In this document: piece after piece, positions 41,896 to 52,662 of the stretch
Layout: each line of letters begins with the position of its first letter
Numbering within the stretch: the stretch's first letter is position 1
From: an uncultured delta proteobacterium
Lineage (GTDB): Bacteria; Desulfobacterota; Desulfomonilia; UBA1062
Direction of reading: 5' to 3'
NCBI GenBank assembly: GCA_963752595.1
Contig: CAVVYZ010000002.1
Span: forward strand, 192,001-256,000
DNA length: 64,000 nt
The notes under the pieces: model-generated
Told to the model about the DNA's origin: nothing
Seen by the model: only the letters and a program-made list of their open reading frames with translations
The model's database searches: none
Translations under genes and position numbers: made by a program

Positions 41896-42834
41896 ATGAG
41901 AAGAATCAGTACGGTTGTTTCTATTGCTTTGATGCTGGTGTTCTGCTCCGGTGCTATTCACTGCCTTCATGCCCTGGATATAGGGGTGGCATGGGTCGGT
42001 AAATCCGGCATGGCAGAAAATGTCATGAAGGGATTCGAAGATGGGATAAAAGGGATGAACATAAACCTCGAGTACCAGAAGGACCTCCCTTCCAATGAAG
42101 CCCTTGCCAAGGTAATTGAAAGATTCACAAAGGAAAAGGGCGGGATTCTGGTGCTGCGTTCTCCCTGCGCGGAATGGTTAGTAAAAAACCCGCCTGCCGT
42201 TCCGACATTCATTGCAGCATGCAATAACCCCTCGCAGCTTGGGGTGATAAAGAATCTGAAGTCTCCTGAAGGAAAGATTACCGGGGTGACCTATTATATC
42301 CCTGCAAAGATCAACATGGATATCTTCAGGGCTATCCTTCCGCAGATGAAGACGGTATACCTCCTCATGGAAAAAGGGCATCCTTCAGCCGAAATTGAGG
42401 AACAGGAGACAAAAGTTGAGTGCGCCAAGCTTGGAGTTACCTATAACGGAAAGATGTGCACCTCGATCGATGAAGTAACTGCGGCAGTTAAACAGAATTC
42501 AGGGAAAGTATCCTGCTTCATCATAGGATCACAGGCCATGATCATGGATAATGCAGCACGGATCGTCAATGCTGCCGGGAAAACGCCGGTTTTTTCGTAT
42601 TCTGAAAAACCCATCAAGAGCGGAGCCCTGGGCGGGTATGTTGCCGACGACAAGAAGCTCGGCAGGATTCTTGCCGGGCAGGTGGTCGATGTGCTGGTAA
42701 AACATAAGGCCGTCAAGGACACACCGGTCAGGTTCGATCCCGAACCGGTCTTTTACCTGAACGGGCTTACGTATAAAAAACTCGGCCTGGAGATCCCTCC
42801 GAATGTGCTCGGTTCTGCAAAGATAATACAGTAA
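41896..42834 (+). CDS. ABC-type substrate-binding protein (ABC_sub_bind family)
   Basis: Signal peptide, P.GKITGV, GALGGY..D..KLG, LGLEIP. Confidence 0.75.
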   Translation: MRRISTVVSIALMLVFCSGAIHCLHALDIGVAWVGKSGMAENVMKGFEDGIKGMNINLEYQKDLPSNEALAKVIERFTKEKGGILVLRSPCAEWLVKNPPAVPTFIAACNNPSQLGVIKNLKSPEGKITGVTYYIPAKINMDIFRAILPQMKTVYLLMEKGHPSAEIEEQETKVECAKLGVTYNGKMCTSIDEVTAAVKQNSGKVSCFIIGSQAMIMDNAARIVNAAGKTPVFSYSEKPIKSGALGGYVADDKKLGRILAGQVVDVLVKHKAVKDTPVRFDPEPVFYLNGLTYKKLGLEIPPNVLGSAKIIQ

Positions 42835-43216
42835 TATTCAATTGAGGGGGAAGGGGGGAACTCATCTTAAATAATTGACATAAATAAGGATTGTCCGCAA
42901 CAGCGCAGCCGGCCGGGTCTTTATCCGGGCCGGCTGCTGTTTTTATAGGCGCAGAATGCAGATCGGGAAGGGGACCGGGGATCGGCATTTTAGAAATGCG
43001 CCGCTCTCATTATTATAAGCTTCTACCAATTGCTGCGGCGGTTCCCGGCAATTCCTGCTGGAAGATCCTCGCAAGATTTCTTTCGGAATATGAGGCCGTG
43101 CCAGGGTTCCTGATGCAGCAGGGCGGCCGGGCACGGAATAGATATCGAACCCATGAGATAGTGAAAAATGGCAGGCTTGACCCTCTTCAGATTCGGAATG
43201 TGAGAGCCCACAACAT

Positions 43217-44236
43217 ATGAGAAGAAATGCCGTCCTATTCATCTGCATCCTGCTCCTTGTCCTCGGGATATCATGCCCCAGCTCCGCTCAGGAAAAGACA
43301 TACAGGATAGAGGTTCTCCAGGTAACCGACGTGATTTCCTTCCAGATGGCATATGACGGTTTTCTCAAAGAGCTGGAGAAAAACGGCATAGTCCTGGGAA
43401 AGAATCTTAACGTCAAGCGCACCATTATTGATTTCGATATCCGGCATCCTTCTCTCTGGAAGAAAATGAAGGCCCTCGTCAGGATCAGGAGCGAGGCATC
43501 GCGGATTGCGGGAGAAAAGCCCGACCTCGTGCTCACCGTGGGAACGCCTGTCACCAGATACGCGAAGGATAAGCTCATCAAGGCCGGGATACCGGTGGTG
43601 TTCACGGCGGCGGCCTTTCCGATTGAAGCGGGGTGCAGGTCCATGACAGAGGCAGGGCCGGGGTTTACCGGTGCCACATCGTTCATGGACATGAGCGAAG
43701 CAGTCAGGATCGTACGGCTTGCGTTTCCCGCCATCAAAAGGGTGGGCATCGTTCACAGCGACGACAGCGGCATTGTATCCCACCTGGAGGAGGCGGAGAA
43801 GGAGGGAAAGGCACACGGATTTACCATCCTCACCGAACAGGCCGACATAGAGGATCCTATTACCCCACATCTGCAGGACCTCCAGGCAAAGGGGGTCGAG
43901 GCCTTCGCCGTACCCCCCGACCCTTACTACATCGTAAGGAACTATGAGGTTGCAGGCGAACTGGGAAGCTTTTCCAAAAATACCCATATCCCGATTCTGA
44001 GCCTGGTCATTGTCAGGTTCCCCGGCGCCCTCCTGTACGTGGGCACGGATTTCGAGCTCATCGGCGGCTTTTCCGGCAGACAGGCCGTGAAAATCCTCAA
44101 ACATGGAGTAAAGCCCGAAAGCCTCCCTGTCTTACGGCAGCAGGATCTCACGGTACTGGTAGACATGAAGCTCGCTCATGCCTACGGCCTCAAGCTCTCC
44201 CCGGAAATCCTCCGGATAGCCCGCCCCATCGAATAA
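43217..44236 (+). CDS. ABC-type substrate-binding protein (ABC_sub_bind family)
   Basis: Signal peptide, KPDLVLTVGTP, IPVVF, FTG, P.IKRVGIV. Confidence 0.8.
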   Translation: MRRNAVLFICILLLVLGISCPSSAQEKTYRIEVLQVTDVISFQMAYDGFLKELEKNGIVLGKNLNVKRTIIDFDIRHPSLWKKMKALVRIRSEASRIAGEKPDLVLTVGTPVTRYAKDKLIKAGIPVVFTAAAFPIEAGCRSMTEAGPGFTGATSFMDMSEAVRIVRLAFPAIKRVGIVHSDDSGIVSHLEEAEKEGKAHGFTILTEQADIEDPITPHLQDLQAKGVEAFAVPPDPYYIVRNYEVAGELGSFSKNTHIPILSLVIVRFPGALLYVGTDFELIGGFSGRQAVKILKHGVKPESLPVLRQQDLTVLVDMKLAHAYGLKLSPEILRIARPIE

Positions 44237-44362
44237 CCCTTTTAAGTACCATCAGCCTTCACGCTCGTGACCCGGTAAAGACCCATTCCGGGTGGAACTT
44301 CTCCTGCCGGCCATTGAGAAGCAAGAGGGATCAGTGCATCAGATTACTAAGGAGGATTAGGA

Positions 44363-45757
44363 ATGCAAGGAAGAAGATTCATGGCAGCTCTCCTGCTCAC
44401 AGGTGCCTTTTTCATGAGCAGCCCGGCTGAAGCTGACAGGATTCAGCCGAAGGAAGCGCGCGAGATTGCCGGAGAGGCATATATTGCCCTGTATCCGCTG
44501 GTCATGAATTACCGGATCATGTACCTTCAGGCAATCGATGGGAAGTCGGGTTCTTATACCGGCGGCTTCGGCACGTGGATCCATCGGGGCCTCGCTTCGC
44601 CCGGGGGCAAAGAAATCCCGATGCCGAATGTCGATACGCATTGTTCCTCTGCCTGGGTGGACTTAAGGGCCGAGCCGTGGGTGCTGACCATGCCCGCCAT
44701 AGACGAAGGACGCTACTGCACCAGCCAGTGGGAAGACCTGTGGGGGTATGTGCTCGACAACCCCGGAACGATCAAAGACGGAAACAAAGGCGGCACCTAC
44801 CTGCTCGTGCCGCCCGGCTGGAAGGGCGAGCTTCCCGAAGGCGTGAAGCGGGCGATCAGGGGAGAATCGGTATTCCTTGGTACCCTCACGAGGACCGAGC
44901 TCTTCAGTCAGCCTGACCTGCCCGAAGTACAGAAGATCCAGCTGGGCTATATCCTCAAGCCGCTCAGCGCATTCCTCCAAACGCCCAAGCCCGCGCCTGC
45001 TCCGGCCATTCAATGGCCTGCCTGGAACGATGGGTGCGTCACTACCCTTTCATTCTTCTCGTATGCAAATTTCCTGCTTCAGTTTACCCTTCCGAATCCC
45101 CAGGACAAAGCGCTTTTCGGACGGATGGCAGCAATCGGCATAGCCCCGGGGAAGCCGTGGAAACCCGAGGACATGAACCCGGCTGTCCGCAAGGCGATCC
45201 AGGCAGGTATCGACGACGCCCGCAAGGACCTCATGGAAAAAGCATTTCAGGTGTCCGCCTTCAACAGGCTGTTCGTGGGCAGCAGGCACTTGGACACCAC
45301 CTATATGGACCGGGCCCTGGGCGTATTCCTGCACCCTTTCGGGAATGTTCCGAATCAGGCGACCTATGTCATGGTGTCAAGGGACAGTCAGGGGGAAATC
45401 ATCGATGGGAGCAAGTTCAATTATACCATGACCTTCCGTGCAGGCAGCGCACCGCCCAGCAGGTTTTTCTGGTCGATCACGGTATACGGCATGCCGGACA
45501 AGTCCCTGGTGCCCAACCCCTTCGAACGGTATTCCATCGGCACCCACAGCCTGAAGGTGATCAAGGAACATGACGGCTCGTTCACGTTGTATCTGCAGAA
45601 AGATTCGCCCGGAAAAGACAAGGAGCTCAACTGGCTCCCCACTCTCCAGGGAAGGTTCGTTGCCGTGTTGAGGTCATACGGGCCGGAGCAGAGCGTGATC
45701 AACCATACATGGAAGCTGCCTCCGCTCAAGCGGGCGGAGCATATTGTCCATGAATGA
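44363..45757 (+). CDS. DUF1254/DUF1214 domain exported protein
   Basis: AYIALYPLV, PNVDT..S.AWVDL..EP, FWSITVY, DGSFTLY, NWLP. Confidence 0.85.
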   Translation: MQGRRFMAALLLTGAFFMSSPAEADRIQPKEAREIAGEAYIALYPLVMNYRIMYLQAIDGKSGSYTGGFGTWIHRGLASPGGKEIPMPNVDTHCSSAWVDLRAEPWVLTMPAIDEGRYCTSQWEDLWGYVLDNPGTIKDGNKGGTYLLVPPGWKGELPEGVKRAIRGESVFLGTLTRTELFSQPDLPEVQKIQLGYILKPLSAFLQTPKPAPAPAIQWPAWNDGCVTTLSFFSYANFLLQFTLPNPQDKALFGRMAAIGIAPGKPWKPEDMNPAVRKAIQAGIDDARKDLMEKAFQVSAFNRLFVGSRHLDTTYMDRALGVFLHPFGNVPNQATYVMVSRDSQGEIIDGSKFNYTMTFRAGSAPPSRFFWSITVYGMPDKSLVPNPFERYSIGTHSLKVIKEHDGSFTLYLQKDSPGKDKELNWLPTLQGRFVAVLRSYGPEQSVINHTWKLPPLKRAEHIVHE

Positions 45758-45808
45758 ATTATCAGACAGGAATGGAGAAGAGGCGAGGGCAGTGAAAGCG
45801 ATCCGTAC

Positions 45809-46825
45809 ATGAGAAGAATAACCCATATCCTCTGCATCGCTATCATAATGTCCGGGTTATCCTTGCCCCGCTCGGCCCATGGCAAAACGTACCGGGTGGA
45901 AGTGCTCCAGATTACCTCCCTGGATATGCTTCAGAAGCTCTATGAAGGCTTTATCAAGGAACTGAAAAAAAACGGCATCGTCAGCGGTAAAAATCTGGTG
46001 ATCAAGCGCACGATTATCGATTTCAATATTGAAAAAGCAAACTTGAGGAAAGAGATCGCCGCCTACTTGAGGATCAGGAAAGAAGCCTCGCGCATAGCGG
46101 GCGAGAAGCCCGACCTGGCGCTTACGATGGGGACCCCGGCCACGAGGTTTTCAAAGGACAAGATCATTGCTGCAGGTGTCCCATTGGTATTTTCCGCACT
46201 GGCCTTTCCAGCCGACGTGGGCAGCAGGTCCTGGACCGAGGCAGGCCCCGGCTTCACCGGCTCCATTACATATATGAGCATGAGAAATGCGCTTCTGGTT
46301 ATCAAAAAAGCCTTCCCCGGAATCAGGAGCATCGGCATCGTATACAGTTTTGATTCAAACAGTGTCGACCATGTGGATGAGGCAGGCAGGGCCGGCCGTT
46401 CCCTGGGATTGAGGATCATAGCGAAGCAGGTGGATATCAAGCAGCGGATCGTGCCGGTCTTGAGGGAGCTTCAGAAACAGGGGGTAGACGCCTTTGCCGT
46501 ACCTCCCGACCCGTACTATGCGATACGGAACTACGACGCCGCTCATGAGTTGATCGCATTCTCTGAAGCATCGAGGATCCCGGTGATCAGTTTTGTCATC
46601 GATAGATTCTCAGGAGCTGTCTTGAATATCGGGGTTGATTTCGAGATCATAGGCAGGCTGTGCGGCCTGCAGGCAGTGAGGATCATGAAAGAAGGTGCGA
46701 AGCCCGGCAGTCTGCCCATCCTGCGGCAGGAGAATCTGACCGTGTTTTTTGACCGGGAGCGTATAAAGGCCTTAGGCCTCCCCATGCCTCCCGGTATTCC
46801 TCATATTGAAAAACCAGTCGAATAG
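45809..46825 (+). CDS. ABC-type substrate-binding protein, close paralogue of 43217-44236
   Basis: Shared KEASRIAGEKPDL, EAGPGFTG, AFAVPPDPYY. Confidence 0.8.
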   Translation: MRRITHILCIAIIMSGLSLPRSAHGKTYRVEVLQITSLDMLQKLYEGFIKELKKNGIVSGKNLVIKRTIIDFNIEKANLRKEIAAYLRIRKEASRIAGEKPDLALTMGTPATRFSKDKIIAAGVPLVFSALAFPADVGSRSWTEAGPGFTGSITYMSMRNALLVIKKAFPGIRSIGIVYSFDSNSVDHVDEAGRAGRSLGLRIIAKQVDIKQRIVPVLRELQKQGVDAFAVPPDPYYAIRNYDAAHELIAFSEASRIPVISFVIDRFSGAVLNIGVDFEIIGRLCGLQAVRIMKEGAKPGSLPILRQENLTVFFDRERIKALGLPMPPGIPHIEKPVE

Positions 46826-47064
46826 CAGGTTTCCCATCCCCCTCTCCCTTACCTTCTCCCCCGTTTCCGATGGAGAGGGGAGATGATGAGCCTCCTGTTT
46901 CCCGATACTTGACAGGTAGTGCGGGAAGTGTTGAATATGATCCGGATTAACGTATAATAAGAGCAAACTGTAGGAATGGCTTAATATTGGATAGCTATGT
47001 TCCTTTTGGTAACCCAAAAGCAGTCCTACGAGCAATTCAATACTATATTCCGTGAGGAGGGAAA

Positions 47065-48749
47065 ATGAGCCAGGTATATTCGGTCAGCCCTGATGGAAAA
47101 CGGTATCCGCTTCCGAGGGAAGAAGATTATGGAAAGGAATTCGAACGGTTGAAGGCGATTGCAGAGGAACAGCGGAGCCTCGGCAAGGAGATCGTCGTGG
47201 TCATGGGACTCGGCTTCGTCGGTGCTGTAATGGCGGCAGTCGTGGCCGACAGCACGGACAGAAAAACGGGGGAGGCCAAGAAATTCGTCATCGGGATGCA
47301 GAGGCCCAGCACCAGGAGCTTCTGGAAGATCCCCATGTTCAATACCGGGGTATCGCCGGTCAAAGCCGAAGACCCGGAGGTGGACATCCTGATCCGGCGG
47401 TGCGTGATGGAGAGGAAAAATCTCATTGCAACCTACACCTACGATGCCTTGAGCCTTGCCGATGTGGTCGTTGTCGATGTGCAGTGCGACTTCCTCAAGC
47501 AGGACCTCGGGAACTGCACGACCGGCCGGGCGGAGATCGCAGCCCTGGAAGAGTCCATGAAGGTCATCGGGGAGAAGATCGAGCCCCATTGCCTGGTCCT
47601 CATCGAAACGACCGTGCCGCCCGGAACCACCGAATATATTGCCTACCCGACGTTGAAAAAGGCCTTCGTTTCGCGCAGCATCAGCAGCGAGCCGCTCCTT
47701 GCCCACAGCTACGAACGGGTCATGCCCGGGAGGGAGTATGTTAAATCCATACGCGACTTCTGGCGCGTCTGCAGCGGCATCAACGAGGAGAGCAAGCGGA
47801 AGGTGGAGCGTTTCCTCTCGGAAGTCTCAATGTCGAGAAATTCCCGCTGACGGTCCTGGACAAGCCCATCGAGAGCGAGACCGCCAAGATCGTGGAAAAC
47901 AGCTACCGCGCAACGATCCTGGCCTTCCTCGACGAATGGAGCAACTTCTGCGAGAAGAACGGCGTGGACCTCATCAAGGTGATCAATGCCATCAAGGTGA
48001 GGCCGACCCACAGCAACATGATCTTCCCCGGCCCCGGGATCGGCGGCTACTGCCTGCCCAAGGACGGGGGCCTGGGCGTCTGGGCGTACCGGCACCTCAT
48101 GGGGTTCGAGGACGACAATTTCAGGATCACGCCCGAAGCCATCAATATCAATGATACCAGGGCGCTCCATGCCGTGCACCTCATCCGGGACGCATTGCGG
48201 AACATGGGCAAGATCGTGGCTGCCTCCGTCGTGACCGTGCTCGGCGCCTCCTACCGCGAGGACGTGGGCGACACCCGGTACAGCGGTTCCGAGCTCATGA
48301 TCAGGAAGATCGCCGAGATGGGGGGCGATATCAGGGTTCACGACCCCTATGTGGAGCACTGGTGGGAGTTCGAGTCCCAGGAAACGTATCCGTCGGTGGG
48401 GGCAAGCTGGGCGCGGTTCTTCAGGAACCAGGAAGGCTTGAAGGACTTAAGGGTCGAGAAGGATCTTGCCGGAACCCTTGTCGGCTCGGATGCGGTGGTC
48501 CTGGCAGTCAGGCATAAGGAGTACCTCGACCTCGACCCCGACGATTTCATTGAGATGATCGGCTCGCCTGCTGCAATCATAGACTGCTTCGGGATATTGG
48601 ACGACCATAAGATCAGAAGGTTCTTCGAGCTCGGCTGTGAGGTGAAGGGCCTGGGCCGCGGGCATATCCAGAGGATCAAGGAAGAGGTGAGATCCCGGGA
48701 TATGGCTGATCCCGGCCAGGACAAGCCGGTATTTACCGTGATAAACTGA
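47065..48749 (+). CDS. UDP-glucose/GDP-mannose dehydrogenase family (frameshift near 47830)
   Basis: VMGLGFVG, ETTVPPGTT, ERVMPG, ENSYR, PGPGIGGYCLPKD, DTRYS. Confidence 0.9.
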
Positions 48750-49016
48750 TCGAAGAACGGACACAGGCCTTCCTATCCTCGAGCGCAAATTCCGGCCCAT
48801 CATCCCGGGAGGCAAAGGCGGATGGGGTGCACAGGGTGAGCCGGATCTTGAGTACATCCACTCCCTGGCCGGTTAGACTGAAAGAGCGCCGGGAAGATAA
48901 GGGCATGCCCATTCGGCAGGGTGCATGGACATGAGCCCGAAAGGAAAAGTATCTCTGCGGATTGACTTGACCGCCGGCGTCCTTCGTAATATACCATAGT
49001 TGAAATATGGAGGTGC

Positions 49017-49706
49017 TTGGTCGTTATGAATGGCGATATGTCCGTTTACCTGATTCCGACGCCCACCATGGATTGGGATAACAGCGCGGTTTTCGAATTT
49101 GCCCATGCCTGTTCCGGAGCAAAGACAGAACCCAGGGAGCAGGCAATAAGCCTGTTTTATGCCGTCCGTGACAGCATCCGGTACGATCCATACAGCATCG
49201 ATGTAACCTTAGAGGGCTTAAGCGCGAGCACTACGCTTAAGCAAGGGAAGGGCTGGTGCGTTGCCAAGGCGATCCTCCTCGCAGCCTGCTGCAGGGCTTT
49301 GAAGATACCGGCTCGGCTCGGCTTCGCTGATGTGAGGAATCACCTGTCGACAGAGCGCCTGCTGAAGTCGCTCAAGACAGATATCTTTTTCTGGCACGGC
49401 TATACCTCGATCTATCTTGACGGGGCCTGGCTCAAGGCAACGCCTGCCTTCAATGTCGGGCTTTGTGAGCGTTTCGGGATAAAACCGCTTGATTTCGACG
49501 GGAAATCCGATTCAATAATCCACCCGTACGATCTTCAGGGGAACAGACACATGGAGTACCTGAACTACCGCGGTGAATTTCCGGATGTCCCCATTGACGA
49601 GATGGTAGAGACGTTCTTCAAGGAATATCCCGGTGCCCTCTCCTGGAGCAGGCCGGACTTCGACCAGGAAGTAGAGCAGGAGATGAAAAACCGCTCGAAA
49701 ACATAA
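49017..49706 (+). CDS. Transglutaminase-like superfamily protein
   Basis: VRDSIRY, GWCVAKA, WHGY, WLKATP. Confidence 0.85.
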   Translation: MVVMNGDMSVYLIPTPTMDWDNSAVFEFAHACSGAKTEPREQAISLFYAVRDSIRYDPYSIDVTLEGLSASTTLKQGKGWCVAKAILLAACCRALKIPARLGFADVRNHLSTERLLKSLKTDIFFWHGYTSIYLDGAWLKATPAFNVGLCERFGIKPLDFDGKSDSIIHPYDLQGNRHMEYLNYRGEFPDVPIDEMVETFFKEYPGALSWSRPDFDQEVEQEMKNRSKT

Positions 49707-49969
49707 GGCCGACCGGTCCACGTTTCCTGCTATAATACCTGTTTTACACATATTTGCATAACTGCCGGGTTTTATCTCTTTTTTTCTGTCATGAGACTTA
49801 GGTTGTTCCCCCGCCTTCCTGTTTATCCGGGATCCCTAACCTCCCGCAGTCCCGCATGAGAGTTGAGAGTTACAGGATAATGCCACATTATTTTAACTAT
49901 GCTGAGTCGCTTAAAAAATACATTCGTTCAGCTTACTCATATTCTCAGTCGGAAAGGAGGATGTATCCG

Positions 49970-50845
49970 ATGGAAGAAAGAATAAACATTATACCCGAAG
50001 TAAGATCGGTGAGCCATGTCTCCTGGGGAAGCATCTTTGCGGGTACAGTTATCGCTCTGGTAGTGCAGTTCACTCTTATCATGCTGGGGTTTGCCATAGG
50101 ATTCGGAACCCTTGCAGCAGTCGAAGGCAATGCTCTTGGCGGTGTCGGGGTCGGCGCTGCCGTCTGGTGGATACTGAGCAGCATCATCGCCCTGTTTATC
50201 GGGGGGTGGATTTCCAGCAGGCTGGCAGGCATGCAGCGAGTTTTTGACGGCCTGCTGCATGGCCTAGTCACCTGGAGCCTCGTAACCCTTATCAGCGTGT
50301 ACCTTCTCACCAGCGGAATCGGTGCTGTCCTCGGCGGTGCTTTCGGGGTGGTAAAGGGTGCGCTGACCCTCTCTGCACAGGGAGCCGCTTCGGTGCTGCC
50401 CCAGATTGTCGGGCAGGTTACCGGGGGGCAGGGTGGTATGTCGAATGCTCTCGAGCAGGAAATAAGGCAGGCCCTGGGACAAGGAGGTGCAGGAAGTGAG
50501 GCAAAGAGACAGAATGTCATCAACGAAGTCCGGAACGACGCACAGAAAATGCTCCAGGGCAGTTATACACCTGCAGACCGCCAGAGGCTCGTCGGTACAA
50601 TCGTGAGCAACAGCAATATGAAGCGGCCTCAGGCTGAGGAGCTTGTCATGAGGATCGAGAGTACCGTGCAGCAGGTACCGAACCAGATTCAGCAGGCTCA
50701 GAATACGGCAAAGCAGGTTGCGGAGAGCGCCTCCAGGGTATTGAGTGCTGCTGCTGTCGCGTCATTCATCATGCTTATCTTCACCGCTGCTGCAGCAGGA
50801 TTTGGCGGATGGATGGGGAGAGTAAGGGGAATAGTAGAAGTCTAG
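49970..50845 (+). CDS. Hypothetical membrane protein
   Basis: VSWGSIFAG, GLLHGLVTW; AAGGAGG RBS. Confidence 0.7.
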   Translation: MEERINIIPEVRSVSHVSWGSIFAGTVIALVVQFTLIMLGFAIGFGTLAAVEGNALGGVGVGAAVWWILSSIIALFIGGWISSRLAGMQRVFDGLLHGLVTWSLVTLISVYLLTSGIGAVLGGAFGVVKGALTLSAQGAASVLPQIVGQVTGGQGGMSNALEQEIRQALGQGGAGSEAKRQNVINEVRNDAQKMLQGSYTPADRQRLVGTIVSNSNMKRPQAEELVMRIESTVQQVPNQIQQAQNTAKQVAESASRVLSAAAVASFIMLIFTAAAAGFGGWMGRVRGIVEV

Positions 50846-50875
50846 AGTCTTGTAAACTTTGTATATGGGACAGTA

Positions 50876-50931
50876 ATGCCCCCCCTCCCTCTTCGCCGTT
50901 TCCGGGGGAGAGGACAAGGGAGAGGGGGCAT
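50876..50931. repeat. REP-like GC-rich palindrome (related copy at about 46836-46885)
   Basis: ATGCCCCC..TCCCTCT...GGGAGAGGGGGCAT. Confidence 0.45.
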
Positions 50932-51020
50932 CCTCCCCTATGAATTCAATGTTGGCGAACCGCCGGCATGTCCTGCAGATTGTCTGTAAAAAAGCAACGT
51001 GTCATGCCCTTAAGCTTGAG

Positions 51021-51362
51021 CTATTCAAACAGCTGCTCGAGGTCGTTATTCCCCTGGATGTAACCGGCGTTTTTCTGCCCGGAAAATTGCTTGGAAAACG
51101 GTGCGAATGACGTTTTAGGCAATGCTGCCGACGGTTTGCCCGCGTATACCCATATAAACTTGTTCGTGCCTTGTTCGCCGGTCAGTTGCCAAACATCGCC
51201 CGTGTCGCAGTTGATTATCCAGGTGGAAGCGCCTGTGGTTATCTGATAGTGACCGGGGAGGCTCTCCGGTGCGTTCCGGTCCTGTGCCGCTATCAGTATG
51301 GCGACCAAACCGAGTAAAAGACCGATCATCAGGCTTTTCCAATCAATCTTTTGTTCAGCCAT
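51021..51362 (-). CDS. Hypothetical protein with N-terminal TM
   Basis: GGAGG RBS before MAEQKIDWKSLMIG. Confidence 0.55.
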   Translation of the reverse strand: MAEQKIDWKSLMIGLLLGLVAILIAAQDRNAPESLPGHYQITTGASTWIINCDTGDVWQLTGEQGTNKFIWVYAGKPSAALPKTSFAPFSKQFSGQKNAGYIQGNNDLEQLFE

Positions 51363-51547
51363 TTTACCTCCTCTCGTGCAATGAATACCCTTTACGATGC
51401 TGATAATAATATGAAGAATTCCAATCAACAGGATAGGTTTAAAAATCGGAACGTTGCAGATCCCATTATTATATGTTTTTATGAACTTTTGATAATGATG
51501 CATGATTCTGATGATTACGTGGTAGTTTTCATGAAAGAGGTGCGAGA

Positions 51548-51961
51548 ATGACTGATATTGCTGAGAAGATCGTACGTGACCCCTATGCCCGGTTCCTGGG
51601 AATCTCGGTTGATAAGATAGAGGAGGGCTATGCCTGCTGTTCGGTGACGATTACCGGGGATATGCTCAATTTCCTCGGTATGGTCCATGGAGGACTTATC
51701 TTCAGCCTGGCCGACGTCGCCTTCTCTGCCGCCTCGAACAGGGACCATTCCCCCTCATTCGCCCTTGATGTGAGCGGATCGTTCCTCAAGACGGCAAAGA
51801 TAGGGGATAAGATCACGGCAGAAGCCGAGCTCATCCACACCACGAGAAGGACCGGATTATACAGAATGAGCGTACGCAGCGGCAAAGACCTGATCGCAAC
51901 ATTCAACGGCACGGTTTTCAGGAAAGTCGAAAGCTGGAAGCTTTTAGGGGGCGGTGTATGA
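51548..51961 (+). CDS. PaaI family hotdog thioesterase
   Basis: DPYARFLG, NFLGMVHGGLIFSLAD. Confidence 0.88.
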   Translation: MTDIAEKIVRDPYARFLGISVDKIEEGYACCSVTITGDMLNFLGMVHGGLIFSLADVAFSAASNRDHSPSFALDVSGSFLKTAKIGDKITAEAELIHTTRRTGLYRMSVRSGKDLIATFNGTVFRKVESWKLLGGGV

Positions 51962-52569
51962 ATAAATATGAGCAGGCAGCGCTACTGGCAGTCGGTATGG
52001 CGGCTCTGGTTGTTTCCGGGATAGGTCCCTATGACAGGGCTACCTGGATAATGGAGGTTTTTCCCATTTTCATCGGGGTTCCGATTCTCATCGGCGTCTA
52101 TCCCCGCTTCCGGTTCACTCCTCTTGCCTACCGTCTCATATTCATCCACGCCCTGATCCTGATGATCGGAGGCCACTATACCTATGCCCGTGTGCCCATA
52201 GGATTCTGGGTGCAGGATCTCTTCGATCTGGGCCGCAATCACTACGACCGTCTGGGTCATCTTGCCCAGGGATTCATCCCCGCCATTCTGGTGCGAGAGG
52301 TCCTTATCAGAACGTCTCCCCTGAAACCGGGAAAGTGGCTGTTCTTTCTCGTGACCTCGGTCTGCCTTGCCGTCAGTGCCTGCTATGAATTCATTGAATG
52401 GTGGGCTGCATTGATCGGCGGCGAGAGCGCACAGGATTTTCTCGGTACACAGGGAGATGTCTGGGACACGCAATGGGATATGTTCCTGGCCTTCATCGGC
52501 GCCATGCTCGCTCAGATCCTGCTTTCCCGCATGCATGACAGGCAGCTGAGAGATTTTGATCATCAATAA
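51958..52569 (+). CDS. DUF2238 (YjdF-like) inner membrane protein
   Basis: GGHYTYARVP, RNHYDRLGH, GTQGDVWDTQWDM. Confidence 0.88.
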   Translation: MNKYEQAALLAVGMAALVVSGIGPYDRATWIMEVFPIFIGVPILIGVYPRFRFTPLAYRLIFIHALILMIGGHYTYARVPIGFWVQDLFDLGRNHYDRLGHLAQGFIPAILVREVLIRTSPLKPGKWLFFLVTSVCLAVSACYEFIEWWAALIGGESAQDFLGTQGDVWDTQWDMFLAFIGAMLAQILLSRMHDRQLRDFDHQ

Positions 52570-52662
52570 ATGATAGCCGGCCCTTTCTTACCCCTCTTCG
52601 ATTTCGCCCCGAGGGATGCTTCGGTGAGGTTGCGGGGACGCGTACCCTGTGTCCCTGAATAT

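Noticed and set aside
41588-41899. ORFs upstream of the first substrate-binding gene
   Set aside because: No motifs or RBS; probably non-coding
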